Source: Laetmonice hystrix (lineage: Eukaryota). From it: DNA of 64,000 bases. The stretch's first letter is position 1; every line of letters begins with the position of its first letter. The position numbers and the translations under genes were made by a program. Where the stretch lies: NCBI GenBank assembly GCA_965235115.1, contig OZ249436.1, positions 18,602,001 through 18,666,000 on the forward strand, read 5' to 3'. Below are positions 43,201 through 51,741 of this stretch, piece after piece. The notes under the pieces were generated by a model. It worked only from the letters and a program-made list of their open reading frames with translations, did no database searches and had not been told where the DNA came from.

Positions 43201-45854
43201 CTTTTGGTCAGTTGCACTTGGATGACATTCCCACCCATTGGCCTTGTGTGACACTGACCTGGCAGGGCGCTTTTTGATATCCGTGTCAATTGTTCATGAT
43301 GCCGACAATAGGTTTAAGGACTATACTATTTCATAATTGTCAAAGGGGTACTTAGTAAATATCCATGTAAATGAAAATAACCTCCAGAGGTAATGTCGGC
43401 ACGGCAGTGTCAAGTATACCTGTGGAACAGTTGGCGGAATCACAGGACAGTTACATTTTAAAAAGGAGAGAAAAATGTAGGTAATGATAGAAAACCCAGC
43501 GTTCAATTTAAGGATTTTTTTCTCGGGTTTTCCGCCAGACAACATGAATGGAACCTTGGTTGTCTGCAGGAATTTCTGGTTGTCCAGATTTGTACCACAA
43601 TGCCTGGAACGTCCCCGAGCTCTTCAGTGTGAAATTTGCGAGAGCGCGAGGATTATGCAGCATTCATCAAAACTAATCTGTAAATTCTTTCTTGAAATAA
43701 CATTGTTATTTGAACCAAAGGAACTTCACTGAGACCAACGAGACTAGTCTCATTGCTGAGATGTTCTGAAGTCGCCCTTACAAGGTCACATTAATGGTTC
43801 TTTAATTGGGCAAAAAATTAGGCTTGACCAACTATAACTAAATAAGTCAGCAGCAGGGCTGAAGAGGTGGTCAGGTGGTGACTGGTAGCTGGTCATCACA
43901 GCCATAACTGTGAAACCACAGGGGGCCGACTGTCGGATTGCTTGCAGGACTGTCATGGTTGGTGGGTGGGTGGGGGGCGACTTGCTAAGCCAGGACCCAT
44001 CCTGGCCGTGGGCCCACCGGGCCACCGCCAATGGCCCCCTGTGCCGGTGTCGAACACTGTTATGTCACCTCATTGCCCACTCAGAGTGAGTCGATCAGGC
44101 AGGTGGTCGGCCCACTGTTCCAGACCAAAAAAAAGGAGGTTGTCCGTCGGACAACCCTGCCAGAAAGGTAGGGTTGTCCGACAACATTTTAGGTTGTCTC
44201 GGACAACCGGACAACCGCTTATTTTGAACGCTGAAACCATTGGGGAAATGGGATCCTACCTGTATTGCTTGGCAATCAGAGTTTCTAGTAGACTAGTATA
44301 ATAATCATGTCATGCATTTTTAGCTGGGGAAAAGTCACCTGGCCAGGTTTTCACCTCCTTTGAGGGTAAAGTCTCTCTGATATCGGCATTTTACAAACAT
44401 AAATGTTTTATACAAACATAAAGACCAAATACAGAATTTGGGCTAGTGGACAAAAAGTTCGGGCTAGTAGGTTCTCTCCAGGGGCGGGTTGCACTAATGG
44501 TCCTACGAGTTAGGACTGAATTTAGGACCAGTCCTACCGAGTGTCATGCCCCCCCCCCCAAGCACTTCATATCTATCTGAGTTTCAATAGCGGCTTAAGA
44601 TATAAAAGTTGGCGAATTACATATGGATATTGGCCCCTGTTGAACGTAGGACTGGCAGGCCTCGAATTACACGACGGCATCGACGGCAATTGCCGTCGTG
44701 CCCCTTCCATTTGCCGTGGTGCCCTCCTATTTTTTGCCCCATCGACGGCAGTCCAGTGCCGTGGTGCCCTTTTCCCTTGCTACCATGTGCCCTTCAGCTG
44801 TAACCAGCCATCACCAAATCATCCCTGACATCGATCCCCTAGTGATCACCAACACCACTAACCTAAAGTGTGAAGGTTCCTTGTTTTACTGTTAAGCCAG
44901 ACATGCGAGGTTTGGTTTTGGAGAAGTCAATTTGCTGTGGTGCCCTTCTAAACTTGTTGAAAATGCCGTGGTGCCCTCCTTTAAACAAGGCCCTGGACGG
45001 CAATTTTTGCCGTGCCCCTTTTAACTTCTAATTCGAGGCCTGGACTGGTCCTAAATTCAGTCCTAACCCGTAGGACCGTTAGTGCAACCCACCCCATGCT
45101 TAGTCCTGGGCTACCAGTTGCTGAAAAAAGACAAAAGACAACACCACTGGAACTATATACTTTTTCATCATTTTTTATAATTATGTACACCAACATCCTG
45201 AGAATCATTTTTATCTAGACTCTATCTCTAGAATTCCCACCTTAGAAACTAATGGGGTCACTTTTTCCCCGTTTTTGAAAAATGGCCATTTTGAGCGTCA
45301 CATTCTTTAGAATTAGAGACAAAATTAAGCACATCTCACTTTAATGGTCCTAGAGTAGACTAGACAGAAAATTCAAAAACATTTGTCATTCCCAGATGCC
45401 ACAGAACACAATGTCACATCAAAGGTTTTTTGAACTGTCAAGGTTTTAAAAATGGCTTGGCATCGCTACTGTAACCGTACCCACCCTGTCAATCGTCATG
45501 ACACTCATGTCGCTGTCAGACTAGATCTATTCTTACTCTTAGTGTCAGTGTGAGTGTCACACTCAGTCACATTCAAGTCACCAGTCACTATTCCGAGTAA
45601 TTTCAGTACAGAGACAGTACACACACTGACACAGTCACTGACACAGTCACAGCGGCCGGTGTCACGGCAGTGGAACCCACATCCTACTCGTCCTAGGCCA
45701 GTCAACTTCCCCATTACGTTGCTTTTCCATGATACGAATACTCCCCCCTGGAAACGTAGGCACCGTGTCCTGCCGGGCACAAACACGCGGAGGCACAGTC
45801 GAGTCTAACAGAATTCCCTTTACCTTGATTTTCTAGGGAATCCTCCTCCGCCAT
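7095..45854 (-). CDS. MAP2K4: Dual-specificity MAP kinase kinase 4 (MKK4/SEK1), 12 coding exons, 372 aa
   Basis: join complement(45824-45854, 38425-38530, 23569-23629, 17328-17441, 16642-16761, 11381-11500, 11003-11054, 10583-10710, 8199-8273, 7771-7916, 7353-7398, 7095-7214) = 1119 nt, open frame, all GT-AG. Docking site RRKALKLTF, G-loop GEIGRGAYG, MAVK, HRDVKPSN, DFG, activation loop [10 protein letters not shown] diagnostic of MKK4. Confidence 0.95.
7353..7398 (-). CDS. MAP2K4: MAP2K4 exon 11: LIKDQEQRPKYTKLL
   Basis: 46 nt, CAG acceptor / GTAAGT donor, phase 2 to 0. Confidence 0.93.
7771..7916 (-). CDS. MAP2K4: MAP2K4 exon 10: VEVATGKFPYPKWSSVFEQLTQVVQGEPP...FINFVNT(C)
   Basis: 146 nt, CAG acceptor / GTGCGT donor, phase 0 to 2. 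Confidence 0.95.
8199..8273 (-). CDS. MAP2K4: MAP2K4 exon 9: PERIDPRSNKGYDVRSDVWSLGITL
   Basis: 75 nt, CAG acceptor / GTATGT donor; kinase subdomains VIII-IX. Confidence 0.95.
8438..9574. mobile_element. Non-autonomous element with inverted subterminal arms (hAT-like right end)
   Basis: ~8438-8560 and ~9390-9550 are inverted copies rich in TTTTGTCA/TGACAAAA motifs; right end AATTTTTGAGCCCTG; left terminus and TSD not found; GGA-rich tract at 9277-9360. Confidence 0.55.
10583..10710 (-). CDS. MAP2K4: MAP2K4 exon 8: [43 protein letters not shown]
   Basis: 128 nt, CAG acceptor / GTAAGT donor; catalytic loop, DFG and SIAKT activation loop. Confidence 0.97.
11003..11054 (-). CDS. MAP2K4: MAP2K4 exon 7: TLKALSYLKDKLKIIHR
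   Basis: 52 nt, CAG acceptor / GTGAGT donor, phase 0 to 1. Confidence 0.95.
11381..11500 (-). CDS. MAP2K4: MAP2K4 exon 6: GDCWICMELMSVSLDKFYKYVYGPMQNRIPENILGKITVA
   Basis: 120 nt, TTTTTCAG acceptor / GTAAGT donor. Confidence 0.96.
12175..12320 (-). repeat. Fragment of the HINE body family found at 41445-44290 and in 48398-50626
   Basis: Reverse complement of GAGAAAAATGTAGGTAATGATAGAAAAC...CCTACCTGTATTGCTTGGCAATCAGAGT (compare 49820-49890). Confidence 0.65.
13011..15328. mobile_element. ~2.3-kb foldback element with ~1-kb inverted arms (possibly Sola2-like)
   Basis: 13011-~14067 is the reverse complement of ~14218-15299 (e.g. TCCCAGGTGACCATCTCAGATTTTTATG / CATAAAAATCTGAGATGGTCACCTGGGA). Very AT-rich centre; right terminus GTGGAATGACCC; extreme left terminus lost. 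Confidence 0.85.
15374..15650. mobile_element. One end of a CCC-terminal element with repeated CGTTGG/CCAACG subterminal motifs (CMC/EnSpm-like)
   Basis: CCCAGATAACAC start followed by many ACGTTGG(G)CC motifs; opposite end not seen. Confidence 0.4.
16642..16761 (-). CDS. MAP2K4: MAP2K4 exon 5: RIRSTVDEKEQKQLLMDLDVVMRSNDCPCIVQFYGALFKE
   Basis: 120 nt, TTGCAG acceptor / GTAAGT donor; near-identical to vertebrate MKK4. Confidence 0.97.
17030..17240. mobile_element. MITE, Tc1/mariner-pogo type
   Basis: Imperfect TIR CGTATATGTCCCTTTAGCCGC / GCGGCTAAAGGTACATATCCG, TA on both flanks. Confidence 0.6.
17328..17441 (-). CDS. MAP2K4: MAP2K4 exon 4: IFDFTADDLNDQGEIGRGAYGTVNKMYHEQSNTVMAVK
   Basis: 114 nt, pyrimidine tract + CAG acceptor / GTAGAC donor; G-loop and catalytic lysine. 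Confidence 0.96.
18201..18378. mobile_element. G/C-tract MITE inserted in a HINE-like fragment (~17990-18480)
   Basis: TIR CAGGCCCGTACCC / GGGTACGGGCCTG; the flanks continue the repeat seen uninterrupted near 34160. TSD unclear. Confidence 0.65.
18998..19337. mobile_element. MITE, Harbinger-like
   Basis: 24-bp perfect inverted repeat GGTTCCACACCAGAAACCGACAAC (19002-19025 / 19310-19333); flanks TTA and TCA; internal GACAA repeats. Confidence 0.7.
20697..21055. mobile_element. Non-autonomous Kolobok-like element
   Basis: TIR AGGGAAATGTGAGTGTTC / GAACACTCACATTTCCCT with TTAA on both sides; left end tandemly duplicated near 20750. Confidence 0.8.
22478..22889 (-). mobile_element. Short HINE-like element (another family)
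   Basis: Minus-strand 5' end TTTAGCTCGACTGGCTGGAAGCCAGTCAAGC (subTIR plus its inverted copy); matching subTIR CTCAACTGGCT near the other end, which finishes CTTGTT; two internal ~200-bp related units. Confidence 0.6.
23569..23629 (-). CDS. MAP2K4: MAP2K4 exon 3: ERLRSHSLESTGKLQISPEI
   Basis: 61 nt, TTTTCTTGCAG acceptor / GTAAGT donor, phase 2 to 0; contains the RxRxxS motif equivalent to vertebrate RLRTHS. Confidence 0.93.
24769..24980. mobile_element. MITE, Tc1/mariner type
   Basis: TA|CAGGGTG...CACCCCCTG|TA with ~50-bp inverted arms (TTACCCTTATTAAATTCTTGCCAGTTCCACAAT). Confidence 0.8.
25068..25466. mobile_element. hAT-like MITE with 6-bp TSD
   Basis: TIR CAGAGATGCCAAC / GTTGGCATCTCTG; CTGTAA duplicated on both flanks. 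Confidence 0.75.
26151..26402. repeat. 42-bp minisatellite, about 6 copies
   Basis: Unit ~ACACTCCCGGAAATCTGCTCACAAACCGGCCCTCTGTATGCC; it produces 14-aa repeats in several frames. Confidence 0.9.
26881..27186. mobile_element. hAT-like MITE with 5-bp TSD
   Basis: TIR CAGGGTTCCCACAGC / GCTGTGGGAACCCTG; TAAGA duplicated; CATGAC subterminal motifs. Confidence 0.8.
33462..34700 (-). mobile_element. HINE-like element
   Basis: Plus strand begins AACAAG + short palindrome CTGTCGGAGTCACAG + subTIR AGCCCCCAAC and ends with a GACA microsatellite and GGATTGGGGCTAAAAA; internal related units. Confidence 0.7.
35348..35833. mobile_element. MITE, pogo/Tigger type
   Basis: TA|CCGTAATCCCCCATGAACAAGCC ... GGCTTGTAGATGGAAGATTACCG|TA, with GCGGCTTATA subterminal motifs. 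Confidence 0.6.
36908..37995. mobile_element. Non-autonomous Tc1-like element with IR/DR architecture
   Basis: ~420-bp inverted arms (36908-37326, 37562-37995), TA TSD; the motif GCTCTG(G)AAAAAATTATTG(G/C)ACCAC occurs at the outer and inner end of each arm. Confidence 0.88.
38425..38530 (-). CDS. MAP2K4: MAP2K4 exon 2: AARRKALKLTFDGQRQNSRSPPTTQTLASMGHPTQ(I)
   Basis: 106 nt, TTCTTTTAG acceptor / GTAAGT donor, phase 1 to 2; JNK docking site RRKALKLTF (vertebrate KRKALKLNF). Confidence 0.92.
39055..40072. mobile_element. Possible Kolobok-like non-autonomous element
   Basis: TTAA|AGGAGAAG... and ...ATGCCCCT|TTAA ends with only weak TIR similarity; CpG-rich, promoter-like interior. Confidence 0.4.
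41445..44290 (+). repeat. Two headless copies of the HINE body module (~41445-42055; ~42390-43496 continuing at 44234-44290)
   Basis: Blocks shared with 48930-49890 (CACGTGACTTT..TTTGTCACTTTTGACATTT, TATACCACTGA..TTTAGTTCTT..GAAAGGTAAT, CTCCCAGTCAGGGTGG). Confidence 0.75.
43497..44233. mobile_element. hAT-like MITE with 5-bp TSD
   Basis: TIR CAGCGTTCAA / TTGAACGCTG; AAACC duplicated; empty site GATAGAAAACCATT seen in the paralogous repeat near 49840; GGTTGTCC/GGACAACC subterminal motifs. Confidence 0.8.
44482..45094. mobile_element. Harbinger-like MITE
   Basis: ~55-bp TIRs GGGCGGGTTGCACTAATGGTCCTACGAGTTAGGACTGAATTTAGGACCAGTCC; flanks CAG/CAT; right TIR interrupted by 44656-45042. Confidence 0.75.
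44656..45042. mobile_element. hAT-like MITE with 6-bp TSD, nested in the previous element
   Basis: TIR CAGGCCTCGAATTA / TAATTCGAGGCCTG; GACTGG duplicated; GTGCCC subterminal motifs. Confidence 0.8.
45824..45854 (-). CDS. MAP2K4: MAP2K4 exon 1 coding part: MAEEDSLENQ
   Basis: AAGATGGCGG start context, donor CAAG|GTAAAG in phase 1 matching exon 2; CpG-rich surroundings. Assigned by phase and context, since protein homology is weak here. Confidence 0.75.
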
Positions 45855-46100
45855 CTTGAATTGTGAACGGGAAATACTTTCGTCAGTATGCCGCAGCCGG
45901 GCGGTGAGACGACCTGTCTCCACCTCCTGCTCTGGTCTACGACGATTCTCTGTCCAGTAATCTAGCTCTTGGTATTGTTGGTAGTACTACGGGAAATATT
46001 ATCGTGCCCTGATGTCCATTTCTTGACGATGAGTCATCGATGAAAATATTCGGGAAAATCCCTTTTTACGTCATCAATACGCCGAGACTTGGTACGAGGC
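45848..46100 (-). promoter_or_regulatory. Putative MAP2K4 promoter / 5' UTR
   Basis: CpG-rich; YY1-type AAGATGGCGG over the ATG (45848-45857); AP-1 TGAGTCA 46030-46036; CRE-like TTACGTCA 46066-46073. Confidence 0.55.
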
Positions 46101-47138
46101 CATGCGAGATCGGGTTAGTTTTACTGTCCATTAACAGATGTCGCTTGCTACATATTTCGCGCCAGTCGTTCGGCAAGCCCTCCGGGGTCTCCGCTAGGGG
46201 GCATACCCGCCATTAACCATTTTTTAGGCTACCTTTGTTAATAGGCCCATCGATCTTGGATCTAGGCCCCCACCCCCAAAATAGCCATTTTTAATAGGAA
46301 AAGGGGGTCCAGGCCCCCTTTTTGAAATTTGGGGGCTAGGCCTAGGCCTATTCCCAGTCTGAAAATGCACCTTATTTTACTGGCGAAATTATAGGAATTT
46401 TATAGTGTAGGCCTACATCGCGGTGACAGTAAAGTAGTGTTGGATGACTTATGAGCAACAATAATCTAGATCTACTGTACATTTTGTATTCTGTTCAAAT
46501 TACAGTAATTACAGTATGTAACTGTTACTTCTGAAAAACTATAGGCCTACAGTAATGTACTGTAAAAACGAAAAACGGTTATTTAATGTTGCCAAATACC
46601 CTAACAGCAGTTTCCTGTAAATTAAACAACAGCGCCGATTTACAGTGTAATAGGCAGGGGGACTGCCCCCATTGCCCCCGCCCGTGGATGCCTGCGCAGC
46701 TACTCATGGGGGTATGATGGGACAGTTACCCATTGTGTCCCATAAGCCACTGTCCCATTATGTCCCACCCTAAACGTCACAAAGCTGTCCCGTCTTCCCG
46801 CTAGAGTAGATAGTGATGCATCACTATCTACGTAGGCCTAATGAATGTTTACTCTATAATGCCGAGACTAACTGTTGGTGTTAGAATAGTCAGTCATTCT
46901 TAGTTAGGCCTATAGGCTATAGAGACTTGGGGGGTGTTAAATATTTACCTGGCGGAAGTTTGGGTGCCAAGAATTCCAGGTTACAGATAAATGTGGGTCT
47001 GACGTTCGGATCCGTCAACACCAAGGCCGTGACAAAGTAGGGAATCCCAACGCCATCTGGTGGAAAGTGTAGGAGCTAGAGCCATGTCCCTTCATGAATG
47101 CCCCGTGTCCCGCCATGCCCCGCTTTCCTACCTCACCT

Positions 47139-48151
47139 GACTGTATTTTTCTTTTGAAATGCACGGGCATCAGGGGTAACCCAATTACTTTGACAATGTC
47201 CCTAAAGAGAAAAGTTGTATAGTCCTCTACAGGAATCGAACACCGGCCCCCAAGATTACTGCACCCATTCGCATAGCATTTGTTGTCGACACCCATGCCC
47301 ACTCGGCCACCGCCACTCCCCCGTGATTTGGACCCTATGTAGGTAGGCCTACCCCACCTGACTGTATTTTTCTTTTGAAATGCACGGGCATCAGGGGTAA
47401 CCCAATTACTTTGACAATGTCCCTAAAGAGAAAAGTTGTATAGTCCTCTACAGGAATCGAACCCAGGCCCTAAGATTACTGCACCCATTCGCATAGCATA
47501 AGGTGTCGACATCCATGCCCACTAGGCCACCGCCACTCCCCTAAAAAAAGGAGCTTTGGTGGTCGAGCAGGACAATGGACCCTCCCCCTACACACATCTT
47601 TTTGAAATGAGACGGAATCCATATTTTCCTAGTTAGAGCTACACATGATTTCTACCGAACATTGACTGTTAAGGTAATCCTGGCACTGGCGTAGACTGTA
47701 TTTTTCTTTTGAAATGCACGGGCATCAGGGGTAACCCAATTACTTTGACAATGTCCCTAAAGAGAAAAGTTGTATAGTCCTCTACAGGAATCGAACCCAG
47801 GCCCTAAGATTACTGCACCCATTCGCATAGCATAAGGTGTCGACATCCATGCCCACTAGGCCACCGCCACTCCCCTAAAAAAAGGAGCTTTGGTGGTCGA
47901 GCAGGACAATGGACCCTCCCCCTACACACATCTTTTTGAAATGAGACGGAATCCATATTTTCCTAGTTAGAGCTACACATGATTTCTACCGAACATTGAC
48001 TGTTAAGGTAATCCTGGCACTGGCGTAGACTGTATTTTTCTTTTGAAATGCACGGGCATCAGGGGTAACCCAATTACTTTGACAATGTCCCTAAAGAGAA
48101 AAGTTGTATAGTCCTCTACAGGAATCGAACCCAGGCCCTAAGATTACTGCA
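47139..48151 (-). repeat. 334-bp tandem array of tRNA-like (Pol III A/B box) units
   Basis: Units start at 47139 (short, diverged), 47360, 47694 and 48028 (partial). On the minus strand they carry A box TGGCC(T/G)AGTGG and B box G(G/T)TTCGATTCC about 55 nt apart, followed by TTTT; the partial unit has the B box only. Confidence 0.8.
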
Positions 48152-48397
48152 ACAATAATCTAGATCTACTGTACATTTTGTATTCTGTTCAAATTACAGT
48201 AATTATCCCATCCCCTACAGGGGGATGGGATCTTCAGATTGTACGGTTTCGTCTTCCCTATTATTATCCCATCCCCTATCCAGGGGATGGGATTTAGAAA
48301 TTGTGTGGTTTCGTCTTCCCTATTATTATCCCATCCCCCCGATAGGGGGATGGGATCTTAAAATTGTATGGTTTCGTCTTCCGTATTATTATTATTA

Positions 48398-50626
48398 TTA
48401 TCCCATCCCCTACGGAGGGGATGGGATTTAGAAATTGTGTGGTTTCGTCTTCTGTATTATTTTTGGCGTCGTAGTTGTAGTAGTAGTAGTAGTAGTAGTA
48501 GTAGTAAACTTGTATGTCTATCTCAGTCAATTTTCAAAATATCAAAATGAAATTTGGCACACATCTTGACAATGACAAAGTATGGTCAGGCATCGAATCC
48601 TGACGTCATGTAACGTCACGTCATGACGTGATGACGTCAAACGTATTATGAAAATTGAAGCCATTTTTAAGCTCATATTGGGAATTTTTTTTAAAAACCC
48701 GCCATGCCCTCATAATCGGCCAAAGGTGCTGCCTCAATTTGAGTCTTGATTTGACCTTTGACCTTTGACCTTAGGGTGAACTGGGTCATTGGTCACAAAT
48801 CGGTTAAATTGCTTCTCCTTCTCTATTTTTTGGTAAAATTCGACAATATTCGGCAAAAACACTCTCTAACGAAAGGTTCACAATACGATTCCAAGGATTA
48901 GCGATTTGACCTATTTTCGCCGAACCACGTGACTTTGAAGTTTGTCACTTTTGACATTTTTTTCTAAAACTGCTTTAGTCATATAGGAATCGTGTATTTG
49001 GTCACTAGATATGTGCTGCTATTGACGATTGGTCACTTTGCATATTTCTTTTAATAAATTTACCAATATCTTTTTTATTTATGATGAAATAATGTAATCT
49101 GACGTTGACAGGCTCTACCTTAAACCTGTTTAAGATAGCCATATACAAATACAACAATTACAAAGTGTATAGATTCAGGTATACCACTGACTGTTTAGTT
49201 CTTGTTTTGGAAAGGTAATATGGCCAGAATTGTAAGTTTTAATGGGTATAGTCTTCACTATAATATTTTTACACTCTGACAGGTGGCATCTCTGAATACA
49301 CAAATCACCTGCTGGGAGGCCAGAGCCAGGGTCGGCAGAGGGTTACGTAAGCGCTGGTGATAAGGGCCGGCCAGGCGGCCGGGTCGGCAGGCGGGTTGTG
49401 ACTCCGCCCCCTCCCTCCCAGTCAGGGTCGGTTTGGTGGAGGATGATTGTGTATTCAGAACTGACATAACTGAATTAGCTGTGCCTTTGAACTGTGTTAC
49501 TGTCTCCATGCATTTGTTTTTAAATCTTACATAGGAGAGCTGAATAAAACACTAGGCTACTACTGATTGTTGGCTGTGGAGTTCAAGAGACACGGCAAAC
49601 TTTTGGCCAGCTGCACTTGGTTTCAGCGTGAGCCAACAGCCTGGTGTGGATGGCATTCGCACCTATTGTTCTTGAGTCTGTGATATTTGTCATGATGCCC
49701 GTAACGGGTATAATCCATATAATCCATCAGGACTATAATATTTCATAATGTCAAAAGAATACTTAGTAACTTCCATGTGAATGGAAATGACGCTATTGTT
49801 GGGACAATAATTAAATGAGAGAAAAATGTAGGTAATGATAGAAAACCATTCGGGAAATGGGACCTACCTGTATTGCTTGGCAATCAGAGTCTCTAGATAT
49901 ATAATTACGATTTTAATGTATCCTTCCACAATGATTAATATCAAAATAGGTAGATATACCATGCAGTAGATATCTATGATCCCTTTCGACATGTCAGGGG
50001 CGTATCTGCACTCTTTCTTTTTAAAGAATTGACATTATTGTTAGGCTAGGTCTAAATACAGCCACGTATCTAGGATTTTCAGCAGGGTGGTCGCCGAAAT
50101 GTTTTTTTTTTAAATTAGAAGCCTTTTATGGACCCATTTAGTGCACTATATTTTTTGTAGGCCTATTCATCACTCAACCAGTTTAAAATAGGCAGAATGC
50201 TTTGCACCTGTTCGTTCGATGGTGTCCCGCTGAATCTAAGGAAAAATGAATCTATGCTCTGGGGGAGCAGGAGAGGGGGTCCAACCCCCGGACCCCTACA
50301 TGCGCCTGAAATACTTTGAGAAACTTCACATCTAGCTCCAGAAGTAACGTTCTTTGACTTTCTAAATTCAAGTCCCCCCCCCCCGCGCCCATGTTTGCCT
50401 TGCACCTTTGGTGCCCCTCCTTTCTTGCGGTACTGGATCTGAGCCTGCATGAAAGCAGGATCATGACGTATGAGATTATAATGATATTAAGATTATTTTC
50501 CTAAGCCTCCAACTCGTAAACGGTGAAAGATTGAGCCATGGTTACTATTGAACAGGAATAGGAAGTCATATATCACGTGACTCCCCGGGGATGGGATCTA
50601 TTGTGGTATCGCCACAACGTGTCTAG
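48398..50626 (+). mobile_element. Complete HINE-like element, TACGGA-loop subfamily
   Basis: Head, (GTA)n, body, tail GACTCCCCGGGGATGGGATCTATTGTGGTATCGCCACAACGTGTCTAG. Confidence 0.85.
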
Positions 50627-51741
50627 TTATTCCCGTAGTAGTTGTAGTAGTTGCATTCGTGCATCTATCTCAGTCATTTATAAAGATATCCAAATGAAAC
50701 TTGGCAGTCACATTCCTCATGGTAGTCAGAATCGACAAATATAATCTTTACGTCATGTGACGTCACATCATGACGTCATGACGTAATTTGTATTTTAGAC
50801 TTAGAGGCCATTCTTCAACCCATATTCCATAGTTTCCTAAAACTTTTCATACAATAATAATCTCCCATAGACCCTTCTTATCTAGGTCCATTACTTTGAC
50901 CTATTTCCTCTGATGTCATGGAAAAGTAGGTCACATGCTCCAAAGTGGTCAAATCGCTACTGATCCGCCATTTTTAAATAGAATCTGACTATTTTTTGTA
51001 GACAGACTTTCTGTAGGCAGCTTTACTGCAAAACTTCAGCAATAAGCCATTTGACCTATTTTCGCTGTACCACGTGACTTTGAAGTTTGTCACTTTTGAC
51101 ATTTTTTTCTAAAACTGCTTTAGTCATTTAGGAATCGTGTATTTGGTCATTAGATATGTGCTGCTATGGACGATTGATCACTTTGCATAATTATTTTCAT
51201 AGATTTACCAATAATTTTTAATTTATGATGAAATATCTGTAATCTGACTTTGACAGGCTCTACCTGAAACGTGTTTAAGATAGCCACATGCAAATACAAC
51301 AATTACAAAGTCTATAGATTCAGGTATACCACTGGTTCTTTAGTTCTTTTTTTGGAAAGGTAATCTGACCAGAAATGCAAGTTTTAATGGATAACAAAAT
51401 ATTTTTACACTGATGGTTGGCATCTCTCAATATACAGAACGCCCGCTGTGTGGGTTACGTAAGTGCTGGTGATAAGGGCCGGCCGCCCGGTCGGTCGGTT
51501 GACTAGTCCCCCCTCCCTCCCAGTCAGGCTGGGGTTGGAGGAATGTGATTGTGTATTCAGAATACACAAAGTGACAATGGACTGGGACGGGGAAAACCGT
51601 GAATGAAGGGATATATAGGGGCACCAATAGAGAGTCTAGGGAAGAAGGAGGAGAGAAAGGATACTATAGTTGACGATCAGGAACATATAGACACTGACCG
51701 CGTGGCGCATATAATATTAGATGGGTCAAAGAAGACGTGTG

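Noticed and set aside
43500..43545. KPEKKILKLN resembling the MKK4 docking site
   Set aside because: It is the terminus of the 43497-44233 transposon; coincidental.
47430..47545. Functional tRNA gene
   Set aside because: A and B boxes are present but no acceptor or anticodon stem could be paired; reported as tRNA-like only.
48203..48460. CRISPR-like array of palindromic repeats
   Set aside because: Eukaryotic context, the intervening sequences are homologous to each other, and there are no cas genes; explained as stacked element heads.
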